A stretch of 63,927 nt of DNA, counting the filler, from Piptocephalis cylindrospora (taxonomy: Eukaryota), in NCBI GenBank assembly GCA_003614145.1. It is 10 parts of 10 records of this genome, joined end to end, with 100 filler letters (N's around TTAATTAATTAA, not from the genome) between each part and the next. Parts side by side here need not be neighbours in the genome. Positions count along the whole stretch, not along the records: positions 32,295 to 38,615 come from KZ988297.1; positions 38,716 to 45,026 come from KZ988298.1; positions 45,127 to 51,410 come from KZ988299.1; 7 more parts are not named here. The stretch is one strand, 5' to 3'. The notes beneath the pieces are model-generated. The model made no database searches and was not told the DNA's origin. It was given only the letters and a program-made list of their open reading frames with translations. A program made the position numbers and the translations under genes. Numbering within the stretch: position 1 is the stretch's first letter; each line of letters starts with the position of its first letter. Shown one piece after another: positions 37,564 to 49,839 of the stretch.

Positions 37564-38615
37564 TCTCTCCTTGTGTGTGTATGGGTGTGCGTGTGTATGG
37601 CCACAAAGACTCGGGATCCTAGGTGCACTTTTGGGCCAGATCTGTGATCGACAGGATCCTGGATGGACACACAAGGGCGAATCTCTCTTTCCTCGATAGG
37701 ATCCTTGTCTGGTTTCTTGAACCATGATCTCAACTAGGTCGATCCCCCCCCCCATCCCTTTTCCACTGGATGGCGTGCAATGAATGACGGACAGGGCGCA
37801 AGAGGATACGGTCCGGGTGTAGCATGACTTGAACCTGAATAAGAAGGGAGTACATACATTGACTCGACCTCCCTCCATCCGAGCGTTGCCGGTCCTCCTC
37901 GTGGGTTGGCTGGACGCGGAACGACGAGGAGATCCCCTGTGGATAAGGATCCACTCCGTGGGGTCACGAGGCGTATGTACTAGGGGACATGGTAGTGAAT
38001 CGCCCCTTCTTCCCCGCCCAATGATCCCATCCTTGTGCCCCTTGGCGCCAGGTGGCGGTTCCCTCCATCCCCATCCCTCCACGCCCTCTTTTGTCCTTGC
38101 TCTGGGTGATTGGTGTGTCCTTTCCGTCTCTTTCTCCTTTTCTTTGCTCTTGTCTTTACTCGGTGACATACATGACCTGTGTGGGATCTCAGTACATCCC
38201 CAATCTCCTCGATTCTCAACTCACATCCCCATCTCCTCCTCTCTTCTCCTAATAGGATCTGAAGGACTTTGTCCGGTCTGTTGCCCCTGTCGGCTTTGCC
38301 GATGCCCACAATCCTCGTACTGGCGAAGGGTGAGTTTACCCTCTGTCATGACCACCTTATTCCCCCTTCCAACTTACCCTTCTCCCCCCCCCTCCCCCAT
38401 GCACAGTGTCGTCGAGTTCCCTACGCGGGAGGAAATGGATTACCCTCCCCGCACGCTCAATGGGCGGGGGTTGGGGGGGAAAAATTTAATTGGTTGGGGG
38501 AGAGCTGTTTGGGGGAGAAGGGGGTGGAGAGGTATGGGCCATGGATGGGTAATAACGTGGGGGGGAAGGAAGGGGGGGTATATATCTGCATGCTCGTTAT
38601 GTCCTATCATGGCCA
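37106..38615 (+). CDS. SR splicing factor (SRSF4/5/6 or Srp2-like), 3'-truncated; exons 37106-37435, 38256-38329, 38407 onward
   Basis: RRM1 RVYVGRLP...KNGYGFVEF; pseudo-RRM YRVVVENL...SWQ^DLKD; sequence degrades after ~38440. Confidence 0.93.
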
Positions 38616-38715
38616 NNNNNNNNNNNNNNNNNNNNNNNNNNNNNNNNNNNNNNNNNNNNTTAATTAATTAANNNNNNNNNNNNNNNNNNNNNNNNNNNNN
38701 NNNNNNNNNNNNNNN

Positions 38716-38844
38716 TCCAGCGTGCTTTTCGGATACGGCAGTGTATTTCTCAGATGGGGTCACAGACTGGGGGGTGGGGGGGACAGAGGCCGAGACAGGT
38801 TCGTTGCCCACCATGGTGATGGATTGATCTTGACCAGTCGACAT
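38716..38844 (-). CDS. N-terminal fragment of an unidentified gene (MSTGQDQSITMVGNEP...)
   Basis: ATG after a pyrimidine-rich leader; frame stays open into the linker. Confidence 0.35.
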
Positions 38845-39972
38845 GATCAAGGACTAGTGAAGAAAGAGAAAAGGACTAGGAGGGCTATGCAGACACACGG
38901 GGAGAGGGAGGGGTGGGGTGGGGTGGTTAATGAATAGGCGAGGGGACAAAAATGGCAGTAAGGCGCCAAAGGGGGTGGGGGTAAGACAGGAAAAGGGAGG
39001 GGAGTTGTAGGAAAGGGGAAGGTATGCACGGATAGGTAGAGGGGTGAGGGGACGGTGAATAGGGGTAAGGTAAGGTACAAGGGGAGAGTGTCAATGGGCA
39101 AGCAAGCGGGATCAAGGGCCCTTTTATAGCCAGATGATGGGTGAATGGGAGGGGATTAGACACGGTGGTGGCACCATGAAGCGAGAGGAGGATGGGGGGG
39201 ACGACAGTGTCAAGTTGACCATCCATTACCAGTCGTTTCTCACCTTGAGGACGAGGCCGTGTCTTGGATGAAAAGGCGCTTATTCTGGGAAGGAGCACTG
39301 TACCTGTCTGTCTCTGCTAAGGGAAGACTCATTTGGTTGGTTTCCACAGCATGAAGCAAGCTTCCCCATCCTCTCTGTACCATGCAATGGCCTTGCTTCC
39401 GAGAATCGGCACGTAGACAAGTACACGCGCTACAGTCCAGTGAGAGAGATCAAAGATTCCAATAGGGACAAGCGATCTCCGTTAGAGGAAAAAGTAGGTT
39501 GGAACCCCGCCTCCCACAAATATCAGTGGGGGGTTATGGTACCTGGGAGTCTGGCTGAGGTGGAATGATCATCCCCAATCCTGCGTATGGTAGGAGAGTT
39601 TGAAAAGTGAGGGAAAGTCGAAAGATCGGACAGGCAAGCAGGCAAATGGGGGAGGTGAAGAGGGAAAGGAGGAGGTATCCGCACACAAAGGGCTCTCTCC
39701 GACCTTTTCTCCGCTTAGGGAACATGTGAGTGGAAGGGAGGGGAAGCGGGGAAGATCATTCCCAGCATCTCCCTTCTCCTCAGTGTCAGCCCTAACGAAG
39801 TAAAAGAGGCAGGATGCGCCAGTGTGTGAGGCGGCTACACACGTCCCACTGTTGCGCTAGCCCAGGGCACAGTTCAAACTCATCATGACTCGCCCTACCA
39901 CTAAGCTGCGCTATCACCTGCAGCATTTCCTTCCCATCCTACCAAGAGCCCATCCGCACATGCCAATGATGC

Positions 39973-40110
39973 AATGTGGGCAAATTCACCCGATACTCCG
40001 AATAGGCCTTTATGTGGATAAGGCCGGTGGACCAGGGGCAGACTAATTCACCCGGTACTCCGAACAAAGCCAGTGGATTTAATGTGAGTAAATTCACCCG
40101 GTACTCCGAG
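39973..40110 (+). promoter_or_regulatory. Three-copy motif AATTCACCCGRTACTCCGA (CCG-N5-CCG)
   Basis: Copies at 39983, 40045 and 40091 with unique intervening sequence; function inferred. Confidence 0.55.
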
Positions 40111-40822
40111 TGAAAACTAAAAACCCAGGGCAGGCCATTTCACTAGAGGCTGTGAAAAAGATCCATGGGGTGCAGTGTAAAAGCCACTCAAGCCCCAGAG
40201 GGTATGGGGGCTGATTGGTTAGCTTGGTGTGGTGCAGGACATACACAGCCCTTAGGGACAAGGACGACGAAAATAACCGGAGCAACCTCGGTCAGGTCGG
40301 GTTGAACCACGATGGACCCTGACTGACTTGATGAGAAATGCGTCCCTCCAGCTTGCATAGCTAATATGTGTGTGTGTGTATATGTGTCAAGGGCTTTGTT
40401 GTGAGTAGATATACAGTATAGAGAGGAGGAGGGTGGTACAACAAAGGGAGAGGGGAGTTTTTACACGCCTTTGTATTCAACGACGACGACGACAATGAAA
40501 AGCCACATGCCCCCCCTCAAAGGGGGGCCTATGCCCCTACAGGACCCGCGGTTTAGGATGGAGGGGGTCAATAAGGGAGTGACGTCGCTGCTGCTGCTGC
40601 GGCTGCTATTACCGAATAGGGGCGTCGTTGTCGTCTGACCTAATGGAGCAAGGGGGGAGGGGGAGAAGTTGGTTTCGGACGAGTTCGTGTGTCCAGGTCT
40701 CAAGAGGGAGATTCATCGTGGTGTGACGCATCTGCAAATAGAGAGGGTGAGAGAAGGTGCATGGAAAGGGATGTAAGGAAGAATTTAATCCGAGACATAA
40801 TTCATGGCCATTGTCATCTCTA

Positions 40823-40875
40823 TCATGGTATGGTATGGTATGGTATGGTTGGCATGGTTGGCATGGTTGGCATGG
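40823..40875 (+). repeat. (ATGGT)n / (TTGGCATGG)n tandem repeat
   Basis: Read directly. Confidence 0.85.
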
Positions 40876-42068
40876 AAGGAAGAGAATCATCCCATCTATC
40901 CATATCCCCATGGGAAGAGGAGATTCAGCTCTCCACCATTCGCTCAAAAACACAATGCCAAAGGGAGGAGGATGAAGGAGATCATCACCGAGGAGAGGGA
41001 CCCACCAGGACAGGTGTCGCATAGGGTTCACTCCCACCACCCACAAGGATCACGCGTCAGCCTTAATGTGAGGAACCTTATCCTATTCTTGGATCTCCGA
41101 AGCTAAAAATAAGCCTGACCTGATGAGGCAAGCATGACGGGCGATCGTCATCCTACTTGGCGTTGAGAGAAAGGGCCCCTCTTCCCACCCCTTCATCCAA
41201 GCTTATCTCCACATTCACCAGTATGGCAATGGATCGCGCCCCCGAAAAGATTAAATACAAGTCCCTCTCAGCCCACTTTCCACTCTAGGCCCCATTTCCT
41301 ATACCTCACCCGTTTGTTCATTTCTTCCTCAACTCATCCTAACAACAACACCACCATCATCATCATCATCCTCATCAGCATTTCATCCCACTTGTCCAAA
41401 GCATCTCACTATTTCCTCAAAAGCAGCATCCCACTATCTCCCCCAAAGCATCTCTCCCTCCCATCAGGCACTTCATCCTCCTCCAAAGTACCCCCTCATA
41501 TCCCCCCACACAAAGGTCAGTTCTGCCCCACCGAAAACTCCCCGATCTCCGTGAAAAAATATCCAAAACACGTGGAAATTCACACTCCGATCTCATTGAC
41601 CATTCGTGTGTACAGCCCCAGACCAAATTACCCGTCCAAGTGCATCAGCCCTGAATATATAAGGTGAGTTGTGTTGCTTCGGATAAGGATCCTTTGGCCA
41701 TCCTCCCCTCCCTCCACTCCATCCTCTCTAACCAATTACCCTTCCAATTGCTTTTACGTTCCTTTACCTTGATCTCGCCTGTGGTTCCTCATCTTCCCCT
41801 ACCACTGCTCCTATCTGCCTCTACCGCTGATCTCCTCTCCCTCTAGTGAACCATACTCGAATCACTTTACGTTCCATCTCCCAACCTACTCTCTCACTCA
41901 TTCCATCTTTATCAGGTACGTGGTCTGCCCTCTCCCCCCTTCCTTCCCCTTGAATGGTCCCAGTCGACCTTCTCTTCCCCTGATTCATAGTAGGGTAGAT
42001 AAAGAGATAATAGTACGTTCAGCGCACTCAACTCACCCATGCTCCCTCATCCCGCCTTTTCCATAGCC

Positions 42069-42746
42069 ATGATTTCCCCCATCTCCCTTGTCCTCTCTCT
42101 TCTCGTCATTGGCGCCCCTCATGCCCTGGCCCTCCCCACTCAACCCTCCGCCGGTAATGTATGTACCACGGCGGGTGAGGGTGCCATCGTGTCCTACTGT
42201 CTGGAGGCTTCGGTGGTCCCTTCCGCCAACGCTGCGCCCCAAGACATCCCCTCTCTGATCCCTTCGGACATGGGGCTTCGAGCCTTCCCCTTTACTGATG
42301 ATGAGGGTGCTCCCGGGCTTCGTCTAGTCGCAGACAACCACACATCCATCCCCCCGGTCATCAACCACATCGGAGAGGGAACCGCCATGAACTGCCGTCG
42401 TGAGCAGGCCTGTGATATCTGGCCCATTTGGGATGATCGTCGCATCAATCCTACTCACGCCTGCAACCTCACCCTGGACCCTACTACCAAGCACGTCAAG
42501 CTTGACTGCCCCAACAGCATCGTCTACTCCATCGACCCTACCACCGATGACGGAAAAGAAGTGTGGACGGTTCGGACCAACGACAATGTCGTGGTCGGAT
42601 CCTACACCCGTATCCCCGGCTCCTCTGGGGATGGCAAGGTCCAAGTGGACGTGACCAAGCCCTCCGGGAGGGACAACAATTGGCATCTCTCCCTACTCGT
42701 AGATTTTGCCATTGCCATCCGTCTCCGTGGTGGCTTTTCCTCTTGA
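42069..42746 (+). CDS. Secreted Cys-containing orphan protein
   Basis: Signal peptide MISPISLVLSLLVIGAPHALA/LP; 6 Cys; strong C-ending codon bias; donor-like sites upstream (41664, 41916) suggest 5'UTR introns. Confidence 0.8.
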   Translation: MISPISLVLSLLVIGAPHALALPTQPSAGNVCTTAGEGAIVSYCLEASVVPSANAAPQDIPSLIPSDMGLRAFPFTDDEGAPGLRLVADNHTSIPPVINHIGEGTAMNCRREQACDIWPIWDDRRINPTHACNLTLDPTTKHVKLDCPNSIVYSIDPTTDDGKEVWTVRTNDNVVVGSYTRIPGSSGDGKVQVDVTKPSGRDNNWHLSLLVDFAIAIRLRGGFSS

Positions 42747-43007
42747 GGAGGGATCTCGAAACGTGCTGTTGAAGGCCGTGTCAATAAAGACCCTGATCTC
42801 ATTCTCCAGTAGATGTGTGTGTAGCATAGTTATGCTATGTTGACGTGTCCCACTTCATTCTCTGATATCTGCATGCCTATGCACCTGGTCTGCCCCTTCT
42901 CCCTCCCCCCAGCATGGTGCAAGGGATGGGAAAGTTCAAATTTGTATTTTTTTCCAACCATCTCCTTTAGTTGTCCATGTTCCCCCATCCTCCTTCCCCT
43001 TCCTCCC

Positions 43008-44113
43008 TCATGACTTGGGGGCCCAGGAAGCCTGATGCTTCAATACACTCTCAGTCACTGCGGCAGCCGACTGATCCTTGCCGTAGGCGTCAGCGAACGA
43101 ACCGTCTGGGTGCATGAGATAGAAAAAAATACTATGATCCACCAAGTAATCCTCCCCAGGCTTCAGGTTGGGCGGGGAAGAATGGTAGACACGGTAGGCC
43201 CTGCATGCCTTGGAGATCTCCTCTTCACTTCCAGTAAGGCCCACGAGTCGTGGATGAAATTCTGAGGAAGGGGGGTTTTAGAAGGAAAGACACTCTGCGC
43301 ATATTAAATGACCAAACTGTTCTACATACCCTTGATATAGGCAGCCACCTGATCTACACTGTCACGACGGGGATCACAGGTGATGAAAAGGGGGGTAATA
43401 GCCGCTGCCTTGGACCCCTCACCGATGGTCTTTCCCTCGCCCTTGGCCACAATGGTATCCACATTATCTACCACATCGGCCATCTTGTCCAGCTCCTCGG
43501 GGCAAATATCCGGACAATGGGTAAAGCCAAAGTAGACAAGCATCCACTGGCCAAGAAAATCCTCATTCGTCCTCCTCTTCCCCTCATGATCTGTCAATTG
43601 AAAGGGCCCTCCAACCTTGGGCTTTCCGTACGATTCCGTCTTTGTCCTCATTGCCTCGGCACCTAGTGTAATGAATGAGTGGATATGCCCATGGAGTATC
43701 ACTCTTTGACTCTTTTCTTCCCAACGCTCAGAGAGGGTAACATACGAGCGCGTTCAGCCTCGCCCTTGGCATGACGGAAGTATACGACTAAACCAATGGA
43801 AGTGGCAAGGAAGAGGACACCAGCTTGCCAGGTAAAAGGCTAAAGGCGAAAGAGAGGAATAAGCAGGAATGTGAGCGAATATACCCCCATCAGGACTGCT
43901 TACCCCGACGCGTGCTGGATCCGTCGAGTCTTCCGAAGGCTTTCCCGTGCTGAAAGGTCGCTGGGAGAGAGGCGCATTGACGCGTCGGGTAAGACCAGAA
44001 AAGGTGGTAAAGCGGACATGCCTGGGACAGGACCTGTCAGGCAGGCGGCCACTTGAGTTCATCAAGCCTCGTGCAAGGGCTGGACGAACCATGGACCTTA
44101 ATAAACTAGACAT
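43008..44113 (-). CDS. SCO1: Mitochondrial copper chaperone Sco1, 4 exons
   Basis: Presequence, TM helix, GGPFQLTD, YFGFTHCPDICPEEL (CxxxC), DYLVDHSIFFYLM. Confidence 0.96.
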
Positions 44114-45126
44114 GGTGTTGAGAAGGATTGGCTAGAGTCAAGCAGAGCAAAGGAGGAAGAGGAGAACGGTGAGGTGAAGAAGGATCGCGACAAGCGCAAA
44201 GTGTTAGCACTTGAGACACAATGTATCATTACTCCGTTTTCACCCGCCATGTCCACTTGTTACATCCCGTCAGCCACATCCCCATATCTCCGTTTCCACC
44301 CGTCTTGCATTGGAATGATCTCTACATCTTCATTCTCATTCATACACGATTAGGAGCAATTTTCACATCATTTAATGTACATGGTAGTGCTTTATCATGA
44401 GCTTTGGAGATCACTTTGGCTGATTATTTACTCTTTTAATCATTGTTGTTGAGCATAATAGTATTTAAATAAACCGTACACAAAATCTTTTGATTAAAGA
44501 ACAATATCTAAATGTACCACTTGAGGAAACCTTGACGTCTCATTCCCTCACACACATTGGTAATTCCTTTAAAGGTAAGCATTCTAATACGAAGTTCTCT
44601 CTGGGTGGATTCCTTGATGATTATAATAATAGCTAGGGTTAATGAGTGGTGTCGTATACGATAGAAGAGAGAAGGTTAGTAGCTAGCATGTACGAATTTT
44701 TACCCAGCCAAGAATTGATGTTTGGACGTCTTAGTGCTAAAGTCCCTTGACTTTGAAGGATCAATGATAGCCTGAAGAATACTGCCCCTTGTTATATATT
44801 AGTACTGCTCGTTGTTTCAATGCTCTAATCACCAGTCGAGATAGTTCTACTCTTCGCTTTCTCCATCCCAAACACTCTCATCCCATGAGATCGAGTCAAA
44901 AGCTGGAGGAAAGATCAAGAAAGCGTTTTATTTTATCGAGAAAACAGCCTGAAAACTGATTATATGAGATAGACCATGTAGACTAGCTTTCAGTACGAGG
45001 ATAGCCATGCAGAACAACATCTCGCANNNNNNNNNNNNNNNNNNNNNNNNNNNNNNNNNNNNNNNNNNNNTTAATTAATTAANNNNNNNNNNNNNNNNNN
45101 NNNNNNNNNNNNNNNNNNNNNNNNNN

Positions 45127-45851
45127 TGGCAGCTATAAAGGAAAGGGAAAGAGAGAGACACTTGTGAGTAGAGATGATATTACAGGAGCATTTTTCCTCT
45201 CACATGGAAAAAGAAAATATGAGGATACAACGTACTTCCAAATCCGGTATTGGCACCAAACCCTCCAGATCCACCTAAAGGAAAAGGTGAAGTGAGTAAG
45301 CGAATCGAAAATACATATTCGATGAAAATAACGAGGGTTGAAGGGAAGAGACCTCCATGTTGCACCAGGTCCAGGGTAAAGCAGGAAAGAGAGAGGAGAC
45401 TTACCGAATCCGGTACCTCCAGTGGCTTGTTGGCCAAACGCCCCAGGAGCAGCAGCGCTGGCGCCAAACATACCTCCAGCAGCTCCTCCAGTGCTACCGG
45501 CGCCTCCAAAAGCTGGTTGACCAAAACCCCCAGCTGTGGAGGTTTGGCCAAAGGCACTTCCGGAACTGGTAGTCGTAGGGTTCGCAGCACCGAATCCTAA
45601 AAATAAGCGTAAAGAGGATGAGGGGAATTAGAATAGGTCATATCCTCAATGACGAGGAAAAAAATGTGTTTCCAGTATAACATAACAAAGAGTCCATGAG
45701 GATGGGGCCGTCTTTCTCGTTGCTCCAAGAAAATATTACCTGTACCAAAGCCAGTAGACTGACCAAAGGGCTTAGGGGTTTGTCCACTACCTTGTTGGCC
45801 GAATCCGGCACCACCACCGGCACCACCACCGAATCCTGTTCCGCCAAACAT
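45127..45851 (-). CDS. FG-repeat nucleoporin (Nup98/Nup189-like), N-terminal fragment
   Basis: MFGGTGFGGG...FGQ repeats over short exons with GT-AG introns; truncated by the contig end. Confidence 0.78.
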
Positions 45852-47092
45852 GTTAGATGAAAGGAATGGAGAGTAAAATGTGGAGAGGGTGTAAGATCAA
45901 CGACGAAACACGAAATGAGTGGTGTCTGCCGGAACAAAAGGTCTGTGTGAGGTTCCTCAAAGACACTGCAAGAACAAATGAATATGATCAACTGCTGATG
46001 ATCAGAGTGAAAAGAGGAAAAGGGAAGAGAGAAAGAGAGAGGATGGGGAGGGAAGGAAAGGAAAGATAGGGGAGGGGGTGGGCTAGTGGTGGCGCTGCCT
46101 TTTTATTCACGATGTGTGGGCTATAGTGGTGGTGAGACGAGATCTTAAACCGCGGTCTCTATGTCGCTTACGTCCTTAGCTTGACACTATATCGTTTGGT
46201 GGATTGCCTGCTCGCTTCCTCGCCACTTATGGCTGTGTGTGCTGGGGGAGGAGAGTGGTAAAAGGGCGCGCGGAGCTGTCACCCCTCATAGCTGCAGCGG
46301 TTTATTCTGACAACCTCTCCTCACGGCTGAGCCCCCTGCCCACACCCATTACCCGATGGGTGACAAATGCTCTGTGTTCAAGAGAGAGAGAAGAGGATAA
46401 TGTATTGCATACCTTTTTACAACACACACCCAGAGCGAAAGAGAATCCCTGCATACAACAACGCTAACTCTGGTAGGTGAGCTGATAAAGTGAAAGGGTT
46501 TTAAAGCCAGGAAGTCAGAAAGAGAGAAAATGGCTGAAACGTGGGGCCCCTGAGGATTGAATTCGCAATGTTGGGTAGAATGGTCTGTGTCTAATAAGGG
46601 AGTTAGTCTCTAGTCTGTTTTTGAAAAGAATCAACGGAAACAATTCAAAACCATTCCTTTTTTCAGGTGTATACCTCGTACAAGCTAATATACAGAGAAG
46701 TTGTCCTTGGTATCACGCTTGCCCGCCTAGGCGGGTAATGCGTTCGGTTACTCTGTAGCCTGCTCCATGAGGGAAAATAAACCGGTTTTATCATCATCAG
46801 CTAATACAGAGAAATAGGATGAAGGGCAAGATGAGGAACGACAACATTGGATCTTCAAGGCCATGTTGCCTTTGGGGTTCTCTAGAATGAGAAATAGATG
46901 ACCAGGAGATGACTGTTGGTCTGGGTTAAAGGGCGATGCGAGGTCACGCCTAGACTAACAGTATTCATTGAAAAAGATAAAATGATTCAAGCAGACAAGT
47001 CGCCCTTGAGCCACCGGTACGAATTCCACTCTTTCCCGTGGGACAGACTATACTGAATAAACAAAAAAGTCGGACCTGCAAAGGTCTCAGAC

Positions 47093-48596
47093 TTAGAAAA
47101 CGGTTCCGTCAGAGACAATGGCAATAGGTGGCCCCTTAGATTCGGGACGTAACTTGGCAGCCAGGACGCGGCCTGCCTTCCAGGTACCCCCTTCCAGGAT
47201 AGCGGTCAAGGAAAGAGTGTCTGGAGTCTCCCCATATCGTTCCCTGATATCCTTGGCCAAGAGGTCGAGCAAAGAGACAGTCATAGCTCTCCATTCAATG
47301 ATCACGGGGTCATGCACCTCGAATCGCGGAATACCATGAGCACTTCCCGGGTCTTTCTGGCCCCTCTTCAAGTCACTTTCCCGCAGGACGAGGACACCAG
47401 TATCGACAAAAAGACCACCTGAAGAGAGAAGGGGTGGGATTAGTTGGTATGAGGGGGATAAAGCATCATAATCTCTTCCTAATGCTCCCAAGGACAGCTT
47501 TACTCACCATTCCTATATTCTGGAAGGCCCGTCATCTCATCCAGTCCCTTCCAGGTGACCCCGAGTACTTGATGAACGGGCTCCATGAGGCTGTAGGAGA
47601 GCCATTGAGAGAGCTTATGAAATGGAACCAGAGAGGCAGAGGTGGACGGGGCCTTGGGGTCCAGCGTGGTGTCGTACTGCCAAACATCCCCAAGGGATTG
47701 GCCATTCAACTTTGTCCGTGAAGCAGGCCATATGGGGCCGAATCCCTGCATGACCACCCTCCATAGGTCCCGAACCTGAAGAGTCTTTGAGGAGGAGGAT
47801 GCAAGGAGATGATCTGTAGAGGGAAGGAACCATGATGAGAATAGATCATTGCACAACATCTCCTCAGATTCTGGAGAGCTCCTTTTTTGATTTTACCTAG
47901 TAAATTTCCGGGGCGATGAACTTTATCGCTGCCACCACCAGATGCGCCCTCCCCAAAAAAAGTTTGGTTACTATTTAAAGCTTTCCCTAGTCTCTGCAAG
48001 AGCGCGTTCCTGCCCTCTAGGCCCACCAAAGGGTTTTCCTCAGATACTTGCATTCCCTTGGACAGAGTCTCCACGGAAAGGGCAATCAAGGCATCCCCAT
48101 CCACTCGATGTGGATCTCCGGAGGGGTCCGAGGAGAAGATACCCGCTTTAAACATATCCAAGCTAGCAATGGCCAAGCCCTCACTTCGTCCAATCCGGTT
48201 CCCACTCTCTCCCTGCTCCTTGTACGTCCATGTATCCCCTGCACCAGCATCTAGGAGAACCCCAACGACAAATAGATCCAGGAGTCGACGAGTCTTTTCC
48301 ATATCATCCACCTTCGACCCCCATCCCTGAAGTAACTTATCAATCCGCTTTACTCCTTGAGCATCAAAGTGACGCCAGCGGCTATGAGCTGGGACGGCCT
48401 GGGGGGAGGGGTAGTCCCGGTCAATCAGAGCACATACCACGTCCGCCGCCTCCTTCATTCGCTCCGGATGATAGGTAAAATGGTAGAGCCCGCCTTGTGG
48501 ATCCTTCTCAGCCCGATCCATTACGGCCTGGCAACGCTCACGAACAGCCCCAAGACTGGTGAGGAAGGAAATTTCAGTGTTCTCAGATAGAGTCAT
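47093..48596 (-). CDS. URC4: Uracil catabolism protein Urc4/Urg4 (DUF1688), 3 exons
   Basis: HSRWRHF, VLLDAGAG, RSEGLAIASL, FHKLSQWLSYSL, TGLPEYRNGGL, EWRAMTV, LEGGTWKAGR, SDGTVF. Confidence 0.95.
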
Positions 48597-48796
48597 GGTG
48601 GGATGGAGAGAGAAAGGGAAAGGTCAAGGTGCAGTGGCAAGTAGGGATAGAAAGGTCAAATGTGAGGAGGGGGATGGGGTAAGTTATGGGCTCTCTCACA
48701 TCTCTCTATGTCCCAATGGAACCATCCTTTATAGACTCCTGTCATGGTGAGAGCTGACCAAAACCAGACTGGACAGAATCTCTTGGGCGCGGGAAA

Positions 48797-48813
48797 GTCC
48801 ACGTCACGTGGAC
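48797..48813. promoter_or_regulatory. Palindrome GTCCACGT-C-ACGTGGAC ~200 bp upstream of URC4
   Basis: Perfect 8-bp inverted arms; contains E-box TCACGTG and a CRE-like ACGTCA. Confidence 0.45.
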
Positions 48814-49593
48814 GGTGTGTATCGGAGTCTGCACAGTATGCCGCCTGGTCAAATCTGCTAACCAGAACTTGGGTGTAGTGGCCCAAGGAGTGAATTTTCC
48901 CTTCTCCCCATGCTACGCCACGCAATGGAATGTCACAGACACGCATCTATACTCAGTGCCGATCCATGCGTCATGCCATAGATTCACGATACAGTGGACA
49001 AGGCCAGGCTTTTCCCACCATCCCTATGCTCATGCTTCTCCCGCTGACTCGATCCCCATTGTCCATTCCACTCGTCATCCATCCCTTTTTTTTCCAGCAA
49101 CGGTCGGTAGTGAGTTATCATCTCGTTCTCAACAACAGGTCGTGGAGGGGCTCAGAATGATGGATGGATAGGCAGGGTACATTTTATTACCATCTTGGAG
49201 AGGCCCATGAATGAATGGGTAATCTTTATATGTTTCTCTAGGGACTAAATCCTTGGTACCACGCATGCCGTCTTTTTGATGGGTACTGTGTTCGGATAAT
49301 CCTAAAGCCTACCCCACCTGGGGAAAATATAATGCTTTTACTCCTACTACTACTCTAGGGATGGCATCAGCTCCAGTCTGTCATAAGGCCAGTCTTATGG
49401 GCGGTGATGCGTTCGGATGCCCCCATGTCTATCTTACCGGGGAAATGCCGGGGAAATAAAAAGGCGTTACCATCATCATCAAATGCACAAAAGACAAAGC
49501 TCGTCGACATTAAAATGTCAATAAAATGAAATTGTCAAGCGTCCTACTTTTCTCCTATGCCATCCCTTCTTAACAACACCCGAGCCCCTCAAT

Positions 49594-49771
49594 TCAGCGT
49601 CGATCATACCTCCCGGTTCTCTGGTAAGCATCTGGAGGAGCCCAATAACAAGTAGTATAGCCTGGATGCAAGCTCTCTGAATCTTCTGTTCTTCCCAGGA
49701 ATAGGAGGGAAAAGGATGTGTGAGTGATGCAGGTTATGGCAGAGTCTGCAAATATTCGTTGATCCTCCCTT

Positions 49772-49839
<68 letters not shown>

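Noticed and set aside
38440..38615. G/C-run-rich divergent sequence at contig ends (also ~51170-51410, 32110-32194, 19253-19302)
   Set aside because: Conserved reading frames decay into homopolymers right at contig tips, typical of low-quality read tails
39973..40110. CRISPR array interpretation of the repeat-spacer clusters (also 35472-35651)
   Set aside because: Eukaryotic context, short repeats, only 3-4 copies, unequal spacers and no cas genes
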